NCBI GenBank assembly: GCA_963677895.2
Contig: CAXXGJ010000006.1
Coordinates: 384,001 to 448,000 of the forward strand
DNA length: 64,000 nt
Reading direction: 5' to 3'
Origin: Treponemataceae bacterium
GTDB taxonomy: Bacteria; Spirochaetota; Spirochaetia; Treponematales; Rectinemataceae
Shown: positions 9,408 through 20,018 of the stretch, piece after piece
Layout of the letters: each line of letters begins with the position of its first letter
How positions within the stretch are numbered: the stretch's first letter is position 1
Position numbers and translations under genes: made by a program
The notes under the pieces: model-generated
What the model was told of the DNA's origin: nothing
What the model saw: only the letters and a program-made list of their open reading frames with translations
Database searches by the model: none

Positions 9408-10391
9408 ATGCCGAAAACCCTGACCCTCGCGGGGCCATACCCCGAAGAGGTGTTCGGGCTTCTGAGAAAGGAACTCCCTGAATCGCTGAACATCAGGGTT
9501 GTGAAGGACCAGGCCTCTCTCGACAGTCTCAACGATATGGAATTCGTGATCCTGAGGACGCTCAGGATGGATGGCGCCCTGATCGAGGCCAATCCCTCGC
9601 TCAGGCTGATTCAACGCTGGGGCGCCGGCTTCGACACGGTGGACATAGAGACGGCTGGCAGGCGAAACGTGCCCGTGGCGGTGGCCTCCGGCGTGAATTC
9701 CAACGCCGTCGCCGAACACGCTCTTCTCCTCATGCTGGCTTCCTATCGCCATCTGACGGCGCTGGACGCCTCCACGAAGAAGGGCGGCTGGGACAGGACA
9801 ACCTTTGCCTCCCAGTCATTTATGGTCAGCGACAAACTGGTCGGTCTTCTCGGCTGCGGGGCGATTGGCAAGTTGGTGGCCCAGAAGGCAGCCGCTCTTG
9901 GCGCTTATGTCCAGTACTACGACGCTTTCCGTCTGCCCGCCGAGGAGGAAAAACGCCTTCATCTTAGTTATGTCGATTTCGGTACCCTCCTGGAGACGAG
10001 CGATATCCTGAGCCTCCATCTCCCACTCATTGAGAGCACGAAGCTCATCATCGGGGAGAAGGAACTGGGCAGGATGAAGAAGGGCGCGGTACTGATCAAC
10101 ACCTCGCGCGGCGGTCTCATCGACGAGGCCAGGCTCGCGGCGGCACTGGAGGATGGAAGGCTCATGGCCGCGGCTCTGGATAGCTTCTCGGAGGAGCCTT
10201 ATCCCGCCGACGGCCCGCTCCTCGGCGTCGATAACCTGATCATGACGCCTCACATCGGAGGAACGGTCGTGGACCTCACCCTCCCGATGGTAAGAAAGGT
10301 GGCCGAGAATGTCATGCGCGTCCACGAGGGGCAGCCATTGCCCAAACGGGACCTGGTCAACGCCGCTTGGTGCGGCTACCCCGTCGCCTGA
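9408..10391 (+). CDS. D-isomer-specific 2-hydroxyacid dehydrogenase
   Basis: GAGFDTVD, GLLGCGAIG, SLHLPL, INTSRG, EEP, TPHIGG (Arg/Glu/His triad). Confidence 0.92.
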   Translation: MPKTLTLAGPYPEEVFGLLRKELPESLNIRVVKDQASLDSLNDMEFVILRTLRMDGALIEANPSLRLIQRWGAGFDTVDIETAGRRNVPVAVASGVNSNAVAEHALLLMLASYRHLTALDASTKKGGWDRTTFASQSFMVSDKLVGLLGCGAIGKLVAQKAAALGAYVQYYDAFRLPAEEEKRLHLSYVDFGTLLETSDILSLHLPLIESTKLIIGEKELGRMKKGAVLINTSRGGLIDEARLAAALEDGRLMAAALDSFSEEPYPADGPLLGVDNLIMTPHIGGTVVDLTLPMVRKVAENVMRVHEGQPLPKRDLVNAAWCGYPVA

Positions 10392-10407
10392 AGCAAGGAT
10401 ACATAAA

Positions 10408-11559
10408 ATGAAAAGAGATTATTTATCGTTCGCCTGTTCCATCATTCGGGGAGGCACGAGCAAGGGCCTCTTCCTGAAGGGAAACGAACTGCCCGAGGCG
10501 GGCGAGCTGCGCGACAAGATTATCCTGAGGCTTCTCGGCAGCCCTGACCTGCGCCAGATCGACGGCCTGGGCGGCGCCAACTCCCTCACCAGCAAGGTGT
10601 GCGTCATCGGCCCCTGCGAGAGGGAAGACGCCGACGTGAACTATACCTTCGGCCAGGTTTCGGTGGACAAGGCCAAGATAGACTGGCAGGGCAACTGCGG
10701 AAACCTGACCTCGGCCGTGGGCGTCTTCGCCGTAAACCAGAATTATGTCATTCCCCGGGAACCGGAAACCACGGTCCGCATTTTCAACACGAACACGTCC
10801 AAGATCATTCATGTCAAGGTTCCGGTGCAGACGGGCAGGGCGCGGTGTACGGGCGGCTATTCGATTCATGGCGTCCCGGGAACTGGCCCCAAGCTTGAAG
10901 TGGAATTTTTCGACCCGGCGGGCGGCGTGACGGGCAAGCTGCTTCCCACGGGGAAAGCTCAAGACATCATCGATCTCGGCGAAAAGGGCAAGTTCACGAT
11001 CTCCGTCGTGGACGCCGTCACGCCTGTCGTTTACCTGCGGGCCGCCGAGCTGGGCCTCAAGGGCACGGAGCTCCCCACCGAAGTGGAGGCCATGCCGCGC
11101 GTTCTCGCCCTCATGGAGGAGCTGCGCTCGGTGGCGGCCGAAATGTCCGGCATCGTGAAGAAAAGCGAGGAAGCCACCGATAAAAGTCCAGCCTTTCCCA
11201 AGGTGGGTTTCGTGAGTCCCCCCTGCGACTACCTCAACCCCGAGGGCAAACTGGTCAAGGCCGAGGATATCGATATCGTAGCCAGGCTGGGATCGATGCA
11301 GAAAATGCACAGGGCGTATATGATCGGCGGGGCGGTGAGCACCGGCGCCGCGGCCCAGATACCGGGCACGGTGGTCTGGGAGGCGTTGAGCGATCGCGCC
11401 AGGAAGGACGGACGGAGCCTGATCATCGGCCATCCCTATGGGCCGATGGAAGTGGGCATCGAGAGCGGAGGAGGCGAGATCCGCAAAGTGACCGTTTTCC
11501 GCACCGCGAGAGTGTTGATGGATGGTATCGCCTATATACCCGAAGGGACGTTGGCCTAA
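10408..11559 (+). CDS. PrpF-family isomerase/tautomerase
   Basis: RGGTSKG, QIDGLGGANSLTSK, GNCGNL, HP.G, RTARVLMDG. Confidence 0.93.
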   Translation: MKRDYLSFACSIIRGGTSKGLFLKGNELPEAGELRDKIILRLLGSPDLRQIDGLGGANSLTSKVCVIGPCEREDADVNYTFGQVSVDKAKIDWQGNCGNLTSAVGVFAVNQNYVIPREPETTVRIFNTNTSKIIHVKVPVQTGRARCTGGYSIHGVPGTGPKLEVEFFDPAGGVTGKLLPTGKAQDIIDLGEKGKFTISVVDAVTPVVYLRAAELGLKGTELPTEVEAMPRVLALMEELRSVAAEMSGIVKKSEEATDKSPAFPKVGFVSPPCDYLNPEGKLVKAEDIDIVARLGSMQKMHRAYMIGGAVSTGAAAQIPGTVVWEALSDRARKDGRSLIIGHPYGPMEVGIESGGGEIRKVTVFRTARVLMDGIAYIPEGTLA

Positions 11560-11600
11560 GCCCCGGTTTTTTGAACTTTATTGCGCGAAAGGAGAGCTGA

Positions 11601-12095
11601 ATGGAAAAAAAATATGGAGATCTGCGGTCCGGGTTTGTCTTGCTGGTTCTATGCTTGATAGCCTATTTCTGGCTTATTCCGACACAGATAAAAGTGAAGG
11701 AAGACGTGGCTATCGGCCCTGACTTCTTTCCTCGCCTGATGGTGATCTGCTGCGGACTCTGCGCGGCGGGAGTATTTCTTCAGGGTCTGCTCGGGCTGAA
11801 AAAAGAAGGGAAGCTGAAGGTGTCGACATTCAGGAATTCTCCCTACAAGGTGAACTTCAAGGCCTATCTTCCGCACGGACTCTTTCTCCTCTCCGCCCTC
11901 GCCTATCTCCTCGCGATGCCGTTCGCGGGATTCGTGTTCAGCAGCATACTCTTTCTCACCTTCCTCTTCTGGTTTTTCGGGCATTCCAAAATCGCGTGGA
12001 ATGCTTTGGTATCCGTCATATACGTGGGGGCGATCTTCCTGATCTTCACCTACGCATTCAAGATCAGCTTTCCCAAAGGTCCCTTAGGATTCTGA
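11601..12095 (+). CDS. Tripartite tricarboxylate transporter small subunit TctB
   Basis: Four TM segments, GPDFFP motif, C-terminal FKISFPKG. Confidence 0.85.
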   Translation: MEKKYGDLRSGFVLLVLCLIAYFWLIPTQIKVKEDVAIGPDFFPRLMVICCGLCAAGVFLQGLLGLKKEGKLKVSTFRNSPYKVNFKAYLPHGLFLLSALAYLLAMPFAGFVFSSILFLTFLFWFFGHSKIAWNALVSVIYVGAIFLIFTYAFKISFPKGPLGF

Positions 12096-12113
12096 AAAAC
12101 CGGAGATATCATC

Positions 12114-13640
12114 GTGAACTTACTACTTGAAACAGCAATTCAATTCGTTTCCATACAAGTGATCCTGGGAATCGTCGTGGGTGTCATAATGGGCATCATT
12201 GGCGGGGCGCTGCCCGGCATCAGCCCGAGCATGACGATTGCCCTCCTCCTGCCGGTGAGTCTCTACCTGCCGACGCCGGTCGCTATCAGCCTTCTGATGG
12301 GCGCGTATCAGGGTGCCATGTTCGGCGGCTCCATCACGGCCATCCTGATCAATACGCCGGGAACGGCGAGCGCGGCGGCGACGACCATCGACGGTTACCA
12401 GATGGCGCTCAAGGGTCAGTCCGGCAAGGCGCTCAAGATGGCGCTCTACGCCTCCTGCACCGGCGGCATCATCGGGACGATCATCCTTCTCGCGATGGCG
12501 AAACCCTTGTCGACGGTCGCCCTCAAGTTCGGGCCGCCTGAATACTTCGGACTGATGCTCCTCTCCTTGGCCCTGATAGCGGGTATCTCGGGCAAATCCC
12601 TCCTGAAAGGGCTCGCCTCGGCCTGTATCGGGCTTCTTCTCGCGATGGTCGGCATGGACCCGATCTACGGTACCCGGCGCTTCACCTTCAAGAACATCAA
12701 CCTAGCCGATGGAATACAGACCCTCTCGATATTCATCGGGGTTTTCGCCCTGTCGGAGATCCTCAACCAGCTCTCGCAGGGGCGCAAGGCTCTCTATAAG
12801 AAAGCCGATCCCCTCGCCATCGTCGACAACCAGCTGTCCTTCAAGGAATATTGGGGTCAGCGGGGGAACATGCTCAAATCAAGCGTCATAGGCGCATTGA
12901 TCGGGGTTCTCCCGGGCATCGGCGGAAGCACCGCGTGTTTTGTGGCCTACGCCGAGGCGCAACGGCAGTCGAAGCATCCGGAGAAATTCGGAACGGGCAT
13001 CCTGGACGGAATCGCCGCCCCCGAGTCGGCCAACAACGCCGTCTGCGGCGGGGCGCTCGTGCCCTTACTCACGCTGGGAATTCCGGGCGACGTCGTCACG
13101 GCCATCCTGGTCGGAGCCCTCATCACGCACGGGATCAAGCCGGGCCCTCTGCTATTCATAGAAGACATGGGCAGCGTGTATACGATATATATCGCGCTCC
13201 TTCTGTCGGTCATCGTCCTCTTCTTCGTCGGCAGGCTCGGCAACCCGATGTTCGCCAAGATCGTCAAGCTGCGCAAGGCGACCCTGCTGCCCATGATTTT
13301 CGTTATTTGCGTCGTGGGTGCCTATTCCAACCGCGGGAACGTCTTCGACGTGATCATGATGCTTTTGTTCGGAATCATGGGCTTCGTCATGAACAAGAAC
13401 AAGTTTCCCGTTCCGCCTCTCGTCATCGCCTTCGTCATCGGCAGCCAGCTCGAGACAAGCCTCAGGCAGAGTCTCATCCTCTCCGACAACAGCATCGCCA
13501 TATTTTTCACGAGGCCGATCTCGCTTGCCCTGATGGTCATATCGATCGTGTTCTGCGCTTTTATGGTCCGCCGCAACAAGAAAGCCGCGGACAAGGTCTC
13601 CATCGTCATCAACGACGCGGGGGAAGAGGAAGAAGAATAA
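12114..13640 (+). CDS. Tripartite tricarboxylate transporter large subunit TctA
   Basis: GALPG, NTPGT, DGY, FGPPEYF, APESANNA, LTLGIPG. Confidence 0.95.
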   Translation: MNLLLETAIQFVSIQVILGIVVGVIMGIIGGALPGISPSMTIALLLPVSLYLPTPVAISLLMGAYQGAMFGGSITAILINTPGTASAAATTIDGYQMALKGQSGKALKMALYASCTGGIIGTIILLAMAKPLSTVALKFGPPEYFGLMLLSLALIAGISGKSLLKGLASACIGLLLAMVGMDPIYGTRRFTFKNINLADGIQTLSIFIGVFALSEILNQLSQGRKALYKKADPLAIVDNQLSFKEYWGQRGNMLKSSVIGALIGVLPGIGGSTACFVAYAEAQRQSKHPEKFGTGILDGIAAPESANNAVCGGALVPLLTLGIPGDVVTAILVGALITHGIKPGPLLFIEDMGSVYTIYIALLLSVIVLFFVGRLGNPMFAKIVKLRKATLLPMIFVICVVGAYSNRGNVFDVIMMLLFGIMGFVMNKNKFPVPPLVIAFVIGSQLETSLRQSLILSDNSIAIFFTRPISLALMVISIVFCAFMVRRNKKAADKVSIVINDAGEEEEE

Positions 13641-13713
13641 TCGCTGGTTTCATTTCGAACCGCCGATGGCTTTGGCCGTCGGCGGAATGATTCGCTATAA
13701 AGGAGACAATCGA

Positions 13714-14676
13714 ATGACAAAGAGAAATCTGGCGACATGCCTGGTTCTGCTCATGGCCTTGCCCGCGATGGTTTTCGCGGCGCCCGGCTACCCCGCCAAG
13801 TCGGTGGAAGTGATCGTCGGCTTCGCCGCCGGCGGTGGTACCCACCTCGCCGCCGAACTCTTGAGCCCCGAAGCCACGAAATTCCTCGGACAGCCCATCC
13901 AGATAACCTGCAAGGCCGGCGCCGGCGGCGCCATCGGCGCGACCGCCGTGGCGACCGCGAAAGCCGACGGCTATACGCTGCTGTACGCCACGATGTCCCT
14001 CCCCATCTCGCTCTACATGGACTCCGTCGACTTCACCGAAAACGATTTCGTGGGCATAGCGATGGCGAGCAACGTAGCTCCCTTGCTCGCGGTTCGCGCC
14101 GACGCTCCCTACAGCAACGCCAAGGAAATGAAGGCCTGGATTCTCGCCAACCCCGGCAAGTTCTCCTGGTCGCATCCCGGCGTGGGATCCACGCTCCATG
14201 TCCTCGGCGCGAACATGCTGTACGCCATGAACGTGACGAAACAGGTCAAGGAAGTGCCGTTCAAGGGAACCAACGAGGGCATCAGCGCCGTGCTCGGCGG
14301 CCATGTCACCGCGGTCTCTTCTTTCCCGGCCACCGTCCTCGAGCAGGTCAGGGCGGGAAAAATGAAGATTATCGGCGTTTCGAGCCCGGCGCGCGTTCCC
14401 GAGCTCCCCAACGCCCCGACCTTCCTGGAACAGGGATTCAACGCGACACTCACTTCGACGCGCGGCGTATTCGCCCCGGCGAAGACCCCCAAGGACGTGC
14501 TCGCTTACCTCGACACAGCCTTCGGAAAAATCATCCAGAGTCCCGACTTCGAGAAGCGCGCCATCACCCTCGGCGAACCGGCCGTCTACGCCAACGCCGC
14601 CGAGTTCGACAAGATGTATCGTGAGCAGTGCGTCATGATCAAAGCTCTCCTGAAAGAGATCGGACTAACCAAGTAA
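13714..14676 (+). CDS. Tripartite tricarboxylate transporter substrate-binding protein TctC (Bug family)
   Basis: Signal peptide; YPAKSVEVIVGFAAGGGT, GAGG, ADGYTLL, VPFKG; AGGAG RBS. Confidence 0.93.
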   Translation: MTKRNLATCLVLLMALPAMVFAAPGYPAKSVEVIVGFAAGGGTHLAAELLSPEATKFLGQPIQITCKAGAGGAIGATAVATAKADGYTLLYATMSLPISLYMDSVDFTENDFVGIAMASNVAPLLAVRADAPYSNAKEMKAWILANPGKFSWSHPGVGSTLHVLGANMLYAMNVTKQVKEVPFKGTNEGISAVLGGHVTAVSSFPATVLEQVRAGKMKIIGVSSPARVPELPNAPTFLEQGFNATLTSTRGVFAPAKTPKDVLAYLDTAFGKIIQSPDFEKRAITLGEPAVYANAAEFDKMYREQCVMIKALLKEIGLTK

Positions 14677-14687
14677 GATCGTTCGCG

Positions 14688-14718
14688 GAGCCCCGCCTTT
14701 CATGACGGGGCTCATTTT
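14688..14718 (+). terminator. Stem-loop after tctC (terminator or mRNA stabiliser)
   Basis: GAGCCCCG...CGGGGCTC followed by ATTTT. Confidence 0.6.
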
Positions 14719-14758
14719 AATCCAAGAAAATCCAACATTCAGCCACAAGGAGATATCA

Positions 14759-15433
14759 ATGCCCAACGTCGGTTTTCGCGTATTCACCGCCATCCAGAGG
14801 CCGGACAAAGCACTCGTCGAAAAGTTCCGCGATGTTCCCGTCGCGAACATTTGCGACAACATGGGAAGAATCTACTCGGTAGACGCTTCCATAAAGCCTT
14901 ATAACAACGCACGGCTCCTCGGAACGGCCCTGACCGTCAAGGCGCCGCTCGGCGATAACCTGATGTTCCACAAGGCCATGGAGATGGCCCAGCCCGGCGA
15001 CATCATCGTCGTCGACGGCGAAGGCTGCATGGACCACTCCCTCTGCGGCGAGATCATGATGCGCACCGCCATGAAACGCGGAATCGCCGGCTTCCTCGTC
15101 AATGGCTGCATCAGGGATGTGGAAGCCCTGCGCGACATGGACTTCGCCGTCTACGCCAAAGGCGTCCAGCCTAAAGGCCCCTACAAGAATGGCCCAGGCG
15201 AGATCAACGTGCCCGTCTGCATCGGCGGCCAGGCTGTCCTTCCGGGCGACATCATCGTCGGCGACGCCGACGGTGTCGTGATCATCCGCCCCGCGGACGC
15301 GGAGGATGTCTACGTCAAGGCCGCCAAGCACCACAGCATGGAAGCCGAAAAATTCAGGAAGATCGAGGAAGGCACGCTGGACAAGTCCTGGATCGCCGAG
15401 ACGCTGACCAAGAAGGGCTGCGAGATCATCTGA
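14759..15433 (+). CDS. RraA-like / 4-hydroxy-4-methyl-2-oxoglutarate aldolase family protein
   Basis: GTALTV, GDNL, GDIIVVDG, GEIM, G.IRD, PGDIIVGDADGVV. Confidence 0.9.
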   Translation: MPNVGFRVFTAIQRPDKALVEKFRDVPVANICDNMGRIYSVDASIKPYNNARLLGTALTVKAPLGDNLMFHKAMEMAQPGDIIVVDGEGCMDHSLCGEIMMRTAMKRGIAGFLVNGCIRDVEALRDMDFAVYAKGVQPKGPYKNGPGEINVPVCIGGQAVLPGDIIVGDADGVVIIRPADAEDVYVKAAKHHSMEAEKFRKIEEGTLDKSWIAETLTKKGCEII

Positions 15434-15462
15434 AACCGTGAGGGTAGGGAGCGACGAGGCAC

Positions 15463-17424
15463 ATGAACATAGTCGAAAAAATCATATCATCGCATCTGCT
15501 CGAAGGCGAACTCGCCGCGGGAAGCCAGATCGCGATCCGCATCGATCAGACGCTGCTTCAGGACGCCCTCGGCACGATGGCCTGTCTTCAGTTCGAGGCT
15601 ATGAAAATGGAACGTGTCCGGACCGAGCTCTCTATCCTCTACGTGGATCATAATACGCTGCAGACAGGCTTCGAGAACGCCGACGACCACTTGTTCTTGA
15701 GAACCTTCTGCAAAAAATACGGTCTGCGATATTCGAGGCCGGGCAACGGCATCTGCCACCAGGTTCACCTGGAGCGCTTCGGCGCGCCGGGGAAGACTCT
15801 CCTCGGTTCGGATTCGCATACGCCCACTTCTGGCGGCTTGGGGATGCTCGCCATCGGGGCGGGCGGTTTGGACGTGGCCGTCGCCATGGGCACCGCTGCC
15901 TATCACCTCACCATGCCCTCGGTCATCAGGATCGAACTGAAAGGAAGGCTGAGAGGTTCCTGCGCGGCCAAGGACATCATCCTCAAGCTTCTCGGGATTC
16001 TCAGCGTGAAAGGCGGGGTAGGGAAGGTAATGGAATACGCGGGCGAAGGCCTGGATGATCTTTCGGTGTATGAGCGGGCGACGATAGCGAATATGGGCGC
16101 GGAACTGGGCGCCACTTCGTCGGTATTCCCCTCGGACGCGCAGACGAAACGTTTTCTCGAGGCTCAAGGAAGAGGCGAATCCTTCGCGGAACTCCATGCC
16201 GACGCCGACGCTACCTACGAGCGGACGATCACCATCGACCTGGACGAACTCGAGCCTCTCGTCGCCGTCCCGCACAGCCCCGACAACGTCGTTCCTGTCT
16301 CCGCGCTGCGGTCGGTGAAGGTGGACCAGGTATGCATCGGTTCCTGTACCAACTCATCCTACTCCGACATGATGCGGGTAGCCTCGGTGCTCAAGGGGCG
16401 GACGGTGCCCGCCGACGTCTCCCTCGTCATTTCGCCGGGTTCCAAGCAGGTCCTCAACCTCCTCGCGAAGAACGGCGCCCTCTCCGACATGATCTCGGCG
16501 GGCGCGCGCATCCTGGAGAGTGCCTGCGGTCCCTGCATCGGCATGGGTCAGTCGCCCGCGAGCGGAGCGGTGTCACTGCGCACCTTCAACCGCAACTTCG
16601 AGAAACGTAGCGGGACGGCCGACGCGAAAGTCTACCTTTGCAGCCCGGAGACCGCTGTGGCTTCCGCGCTCCTCGGCCGAATCAGCCCGTTGGAGGCGGT
16701 AGGCGAGACTCCGCGCGTTCCGATGCCCGAGCGTTTCCTCGTGGACGACAATCTGATCGAGTTGCCTCCGGAATTCTCGGCGAAGAGCCCGACGAAAGGC
16801 TCGGCCGAAGGCTCCATGGAAGGGCTCGAGGTGATCCGCGGCAAGAACATCAAGCCCTTTCCTATGTTCGATGCCATGGCGGAATCCATCTCCGGCGTCG
16901 TCCTCATAAAGACGGGAGACAACGTGACCACCGACCATATAATGCCGGGCGGCGCCGATGTCCTTCCCTACCGCTCCAATATTCCGTATCTCGCGAAATA
17001 CTGCCTTGTCCGCTGTGATCCCGATTTTCCCAAGAACGCGGAGAAATACGGCGGCGGATTCATCCTGGGCGGCGCCAACTACGGCCAGGGTTCCTCGCGC
17101 GAACACGCGGCGCTTACGCCCGTATGGATGGGCGTCAGGGCAGTCATCGCGAAAAGCTTCTCCAGGATACACAAGGCCAACCTGATCAACTCGGGCATCA
17201 TCCCTCTGGAGTTCGCCGACCCCGCGGACTACGACCGCGTCGAAAAGCTGGACGAGCTTGCCTTTGAAAACATCAGGAACGCCCTGCTGCAAGCCGAAAC
17301 CGTTGATGGATATGATCGCACGAAGGGATTCTCTTTCCTTCTGAAATGCGACATTTCGGAACGCGAGCGCGGAATCCTGGCGGCGGGCGGCATGGTGAGA
17401 TACGTGCAGTCGGGGGGAATTTAA
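15463..17424 (+). CDS. Aconitase-family hydratase (fused large+small domains, short AcnA type)
   Basis: GSDSHT, IGSCTN, ACGPCIG (three 4Fe-4S Cys), NRNF, TTDHI, GSSREHA. Confidence 0.93.
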   Translation: MNIVEKIISSHLLEGELAAGSQIAIRIDQTLLQDALGTMACLQFEAMKMERVRTELSILYVDHNTLQTGFENADDHLFLRTFCKKYGLRYSRPGNGICHQVHLERFGAPGKTLLGSDSHTPTSGGLGMLAIGAGGLDVAVAMGTAAYHLTMPSVIRIELKGRLRGSCAAKDIILKLLGILSVKGGVGKVMEYAGEGLDDLSVYERATIANMGAELGATSSVFPSDAQTKRFLEAQGRGESFAELHADADATYERTITIDLDELEPLVAVPHSPDNVVPVSALRSVKVDQVCIGSCTNSSYSDMMRVASVLKGRTVPADVSLVISPGSKQVLNLLAKNGALSDMISAGARILESACGPCIGMGQSPASGAVSLRTFNRNFEKRSGTADAKVYLCSPETAVASALLGRISPLEAVGETPRVPMPERFLVDDNLIELPPEFSAKSPTKGSAEGSMEGLEVIRGKNIKPFPMFDAMAESISGVVLIKTGDNVTTDHIMPGGADVLPYRSNIPYLAKYCLVRCDPDFPKNAEKYGGGFILGGANYGQGSSREHAALTPVWMGVRAVIAKSFSRIHKANLINSGIIPLEFADPADYDRVEKLDELAFENIRNALLQAETVDGYDRTKGFSFLLKCDISERERGILAAGGMVRYVQSGGI

Positions 17425-17472
17425 GGCTTAGGCTAAAGTTGGGCTAAGGCCGCGGGGTGCGCGGCGCCCCGA

Positions 17473-17856
17473 TCACTTGGGGTTGCCCTTGATGGTACCG
17501 TAAGGCCATGCCTGTATGCCCCCAAGATCCAGCACTTTTTTGTAGCCGAGGGCGACGAGAGATGCCGCGGCCGCCGCGCTTCTCCGCCCCGTGCGGCAAT
17601 AAACAATCACCGTTCTGTCCTTGGAGCCGATGATCTGGGCGGCGCTTTTGGCCGTGATCTGGTCGTAGGGCAGGAGGACCGAGTCGGCTATACGCCCCTC
17701 GAGGAATTCTTCCTGGGTTCGAACGTCCAGAAGCAGGACATCCTTGCCGCTCGCCAAAAGCTCCCTGGCGGCCTTCGGGCTTATGAGAGAAGACTGGGCG
17801 AAGGCGGAAGCCGCCAGGGCGATCCACAAAAGCATTGCTATGCCGATTTTTCTCAT
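17473..17856 (-). CDS. Secreted rhodanese-like domain protein
   Basis: Signal peptide; LLDVRT.EE, YCRTGRRS, DLGGI.AW. Confidence 0.88.
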   Translation of the reverse strand: MRKIGIAMLLWIALAASAFAQSSLISPKAARELLASGKDVLLLDVRTQEEFLEGRIADSVLLPYDQITAKSAAQIIGSKDRTVIVYCRTGRRSAAAAASLVALGYKKVLDLGGIQAWPYGTIKGNPK

Positions 17857-17959
17857 ATTTGGCCTCTTTCGTAAGCGATAAGATACCTATGAATAGGGGC
17901 GATCGCCAAAACCGCTAAGATCGCCATTGGCCGAATAGGAGAAGGTCGATGAGACCGCG

Positions 17960-17990
17960 GTTCGCGGGCCGTAGACTACGGACCGCGAAC
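17960..17990. terminator. Inverted repeat downstream of the Opp/Dpp operon
   Basis: GTTCGCGG-G-CCGTAG-A-CTACGG-A-CCGCGAAC; no clear U-tract. Confidence 0.5.
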
Positions 17991-18006
17991 TGGTAGCCCG
18001 TGGCAT

Positions 18007-18975
18007 CTATTCCGGATTTTTCCTATTGAGGGCGTGGCAGGCGCAGAAGTGCCTCTCGCCGTACTCGAGCATGGGCGGCTCCTCGCGTTTACAGAGGTCG
18101 AAGGCGTAGGCGCAACGAGTGTGGAACCGGCAGCCAGCCGGCGGCGAGACAGGTGAGGGCGCGTCTCCCTCAAGCAGTATCCGCTCTTCCTGTCTGTCGG
18201 GATCGGGAACGGGAATGGCGGAAAGCAGTGCTTGCGTATAGGGGTGCAGAGGCTTGGCGAAGAGCGCCCGCTTGTCGGCTGTCTCGACGATTTTTCCCAG
18301 ATACATGACGCAGATTCTGTCTGATATATGCTTTACGACCGAAAGATCGTGGGCGATGAAGAGATAGGTGAGCCCGCAGCTGCGCTGCAGATCCTTGAGG
18401 AGATTTATGATTTGCGCCTGAATGGACACGTCCAGGGCGGAGACGGGCTCGTCGCATATGATGAGTCTCGGTTCCACGGCAAGCGCGCGGGCTATTCCGA
18501 TTCTCTGACGTTGGCCGCCCGAAAATTCGTGAGGATAGCGATCGGCATGAGACACGTCGAGACCGACCATCTTCAAGAGTTCCTGGACTCTTGTCTTCAT
18601 CAGGTTTCGGGCGACGAGGTTATGCACCAGAAGCGGTTCGCCGATGATTTCGCCCACCGTCATTCGCGGATCGAGAGACGCGAATGGGTCCTGGAAAACG
18701 ATTTGCACCTTTCTCCTGAAGGCCTTCATGTCGCTTTTCTGGATCGCAAAAATGTCCTTGCCCTCGAAGCGCGCCGACCCCGATGTCGGGTCTTCTAGTC
18801 GGATCAGCACTTTTCCGGTCGTCGATTTTCCGCAGCCGGACTCTCCCACCATGCCGAGCGTCTCGCCCTCAAGGATGCCGAACGAAATGCCGTCGACCGC
18901 TTTCACCGAACCGGCCGGGGAAGGAAAGTGTTTGACAAGATCCTTGACTTCCAGTATCGCCGCGCCTTCCTTCAT
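18007..18975 (-). CDS. Oligopeptide ABC transporter ATP-binding protein (OppF/DppF-like)
   Basis: [33 protein letters not shown]. Confidence 0.95.
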   Translation of the reverse strand: MKEGAAILEVKDLVKHFPSPAGSVKAVDGISFGILEGETLGMVGESGCGKSTTGKVLIRLEDPTSGSARFEGKDIFAIQKSDMKAFRRKVQIVFQDPFASLDPRMTVGEIIGEPLLVHNLVARNLMKTRVQELLKMVGLDVSHADRYPHEFSGGQRQRIGIARALAVEPRLIICDEPVSALDVSIQAQIINLLKDLQRSCGLTYLFIAHDLSVVKHISDRICVMYLGKIVETADKRALFAKPLHPYTQALLSAIPVPDPDRQEERILLEGDAPSPVSPPAGCRFHTRCAYAFDLCKREEPPMLEYGERHFCACHALNRKNPE

Positions 18976-20018
18976 TTCGCTATTCCTCCATCCATCGATG
19001 CGTTCCCCGTATCGCTCATCGCGACGGATGCATCTGTCGCCGCGTTCCAGCATGCCACGGCGCGTTTTCCCGCGGCGAAAGGTTCCAGTGGCGGCACCTC
19101 AGTCATGCAACGCTCCGTCGCGCGGACGCAGCGCGGACAGAAGGCGCAGCCTGGGGGCATCTCCTGCTGGTTCGGCACGACTCCCTCGATCGCTTGAAGT
19201 CGCTCAACCTCCTGGTCGATGCGAGGAATGGATTGGAGCAGGCCGATGGTATAGGGGTGTCTCGCGTCCTTGAAGATATTCCTGACATCGGCTTTCTCCA
19301 CGATTTTTCCCGCGTACATGACGACGACATCGTCCGCGAGGCCGGCGACCACGCCCAGATCATGGGTGATGAGGATTATGGAAGCGCCGAATTCCGACCG
19401 CATTTTCTTCATGAGGTCTATAATCTGGGCCTGTATGGTGACATCGAGGGCCGTCGTCGGCTCGTCGGCGATGAGGAGCTTCGAGTTGCACGATAGAGCC
19501 ATGGCGATCATCACTCGCTGGCGCATGCCGCCTGAGAGCTGATGCGGATAGGAGTCCATGCGCTTTTCGGGAAGGGGAATGCCCACGCGCGTGAGCATTT
19601 CTATCGCCTTTTTCCTGGCATCGGCAGCGCCGATCTTCTGGTGCAGGAGTATGGCCTCCGATATCTGGGTTCCAACCTTCATGATGGGGTTCAGGCTCGT
19701 CATGGGCTCCTGGAAAATCATGGAGATGTCGTTTCCCCTGATTCCGCGCATCTGTTTTTCGGTTTTCGCTAGCAGATCTCTGCCTTCGAAAACGATGCTG
19801 CCGCTCACGATCTTGCCGGGCGGGTTCGGGATCAGGCGCATGATCGAAAGCGATGTCACGCTTTTCCCGCAGCCGGACTCTCCCACGATGCCCAGGGTCT
19901 TTCCTCTTTCGAGGTTGAAACTGATGCCGTCCACGGCTTTTACGACACCTTCCTCGGTCCTGAAATATGTCCTCAGGTCCTTCACTTCGAGCAAATTGTC
20001 GGCCACGATCCCCTCCAT
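18972..20018 (-). CDS. Oligopeptide ABC transporter ATP-binding protein (OppD/DppD-like)
   Basis: [35 protein letters not shown]. Confidence 0.95.
   Translation of the reverse strand: MEGIVADNLLEVKDLRTYFRTEEGVVKAVDGISFNLERGKTLGIVGESGCGKSVTSLSIMRLIPNPPGKIVSGSIVFEGRDLLAKTEKQMRGIRGNDISMIFQEPMTSLNPIMKVGTQISEAILLHQKIGAADARKKAIEMLTRVGIPLPEKRMDSYPHQLSGGMRQRVMIAMALSCNSKLLIADEPTTALDVTIQAQIIDLMKKMRSEFGASIILITHDLGVVAGLADDVVVMYAGKIVEKADVRNIFKDARHPYTIGLLQSIPRIDQEVERLQAIEGVVPNQQEMPPGCAFCPRCVRATERCMTEVPPLEPFAAGKRAVACWNAATDASVAMSDTGNASMDGGIAK

Noticed and set aside
7263..17424. Canonical methylcitrate (prp) operon
   Set aside because: No methylcitrate synthase, methylisocitrate lyase or propionyl-CoA synthetase in the cluster.
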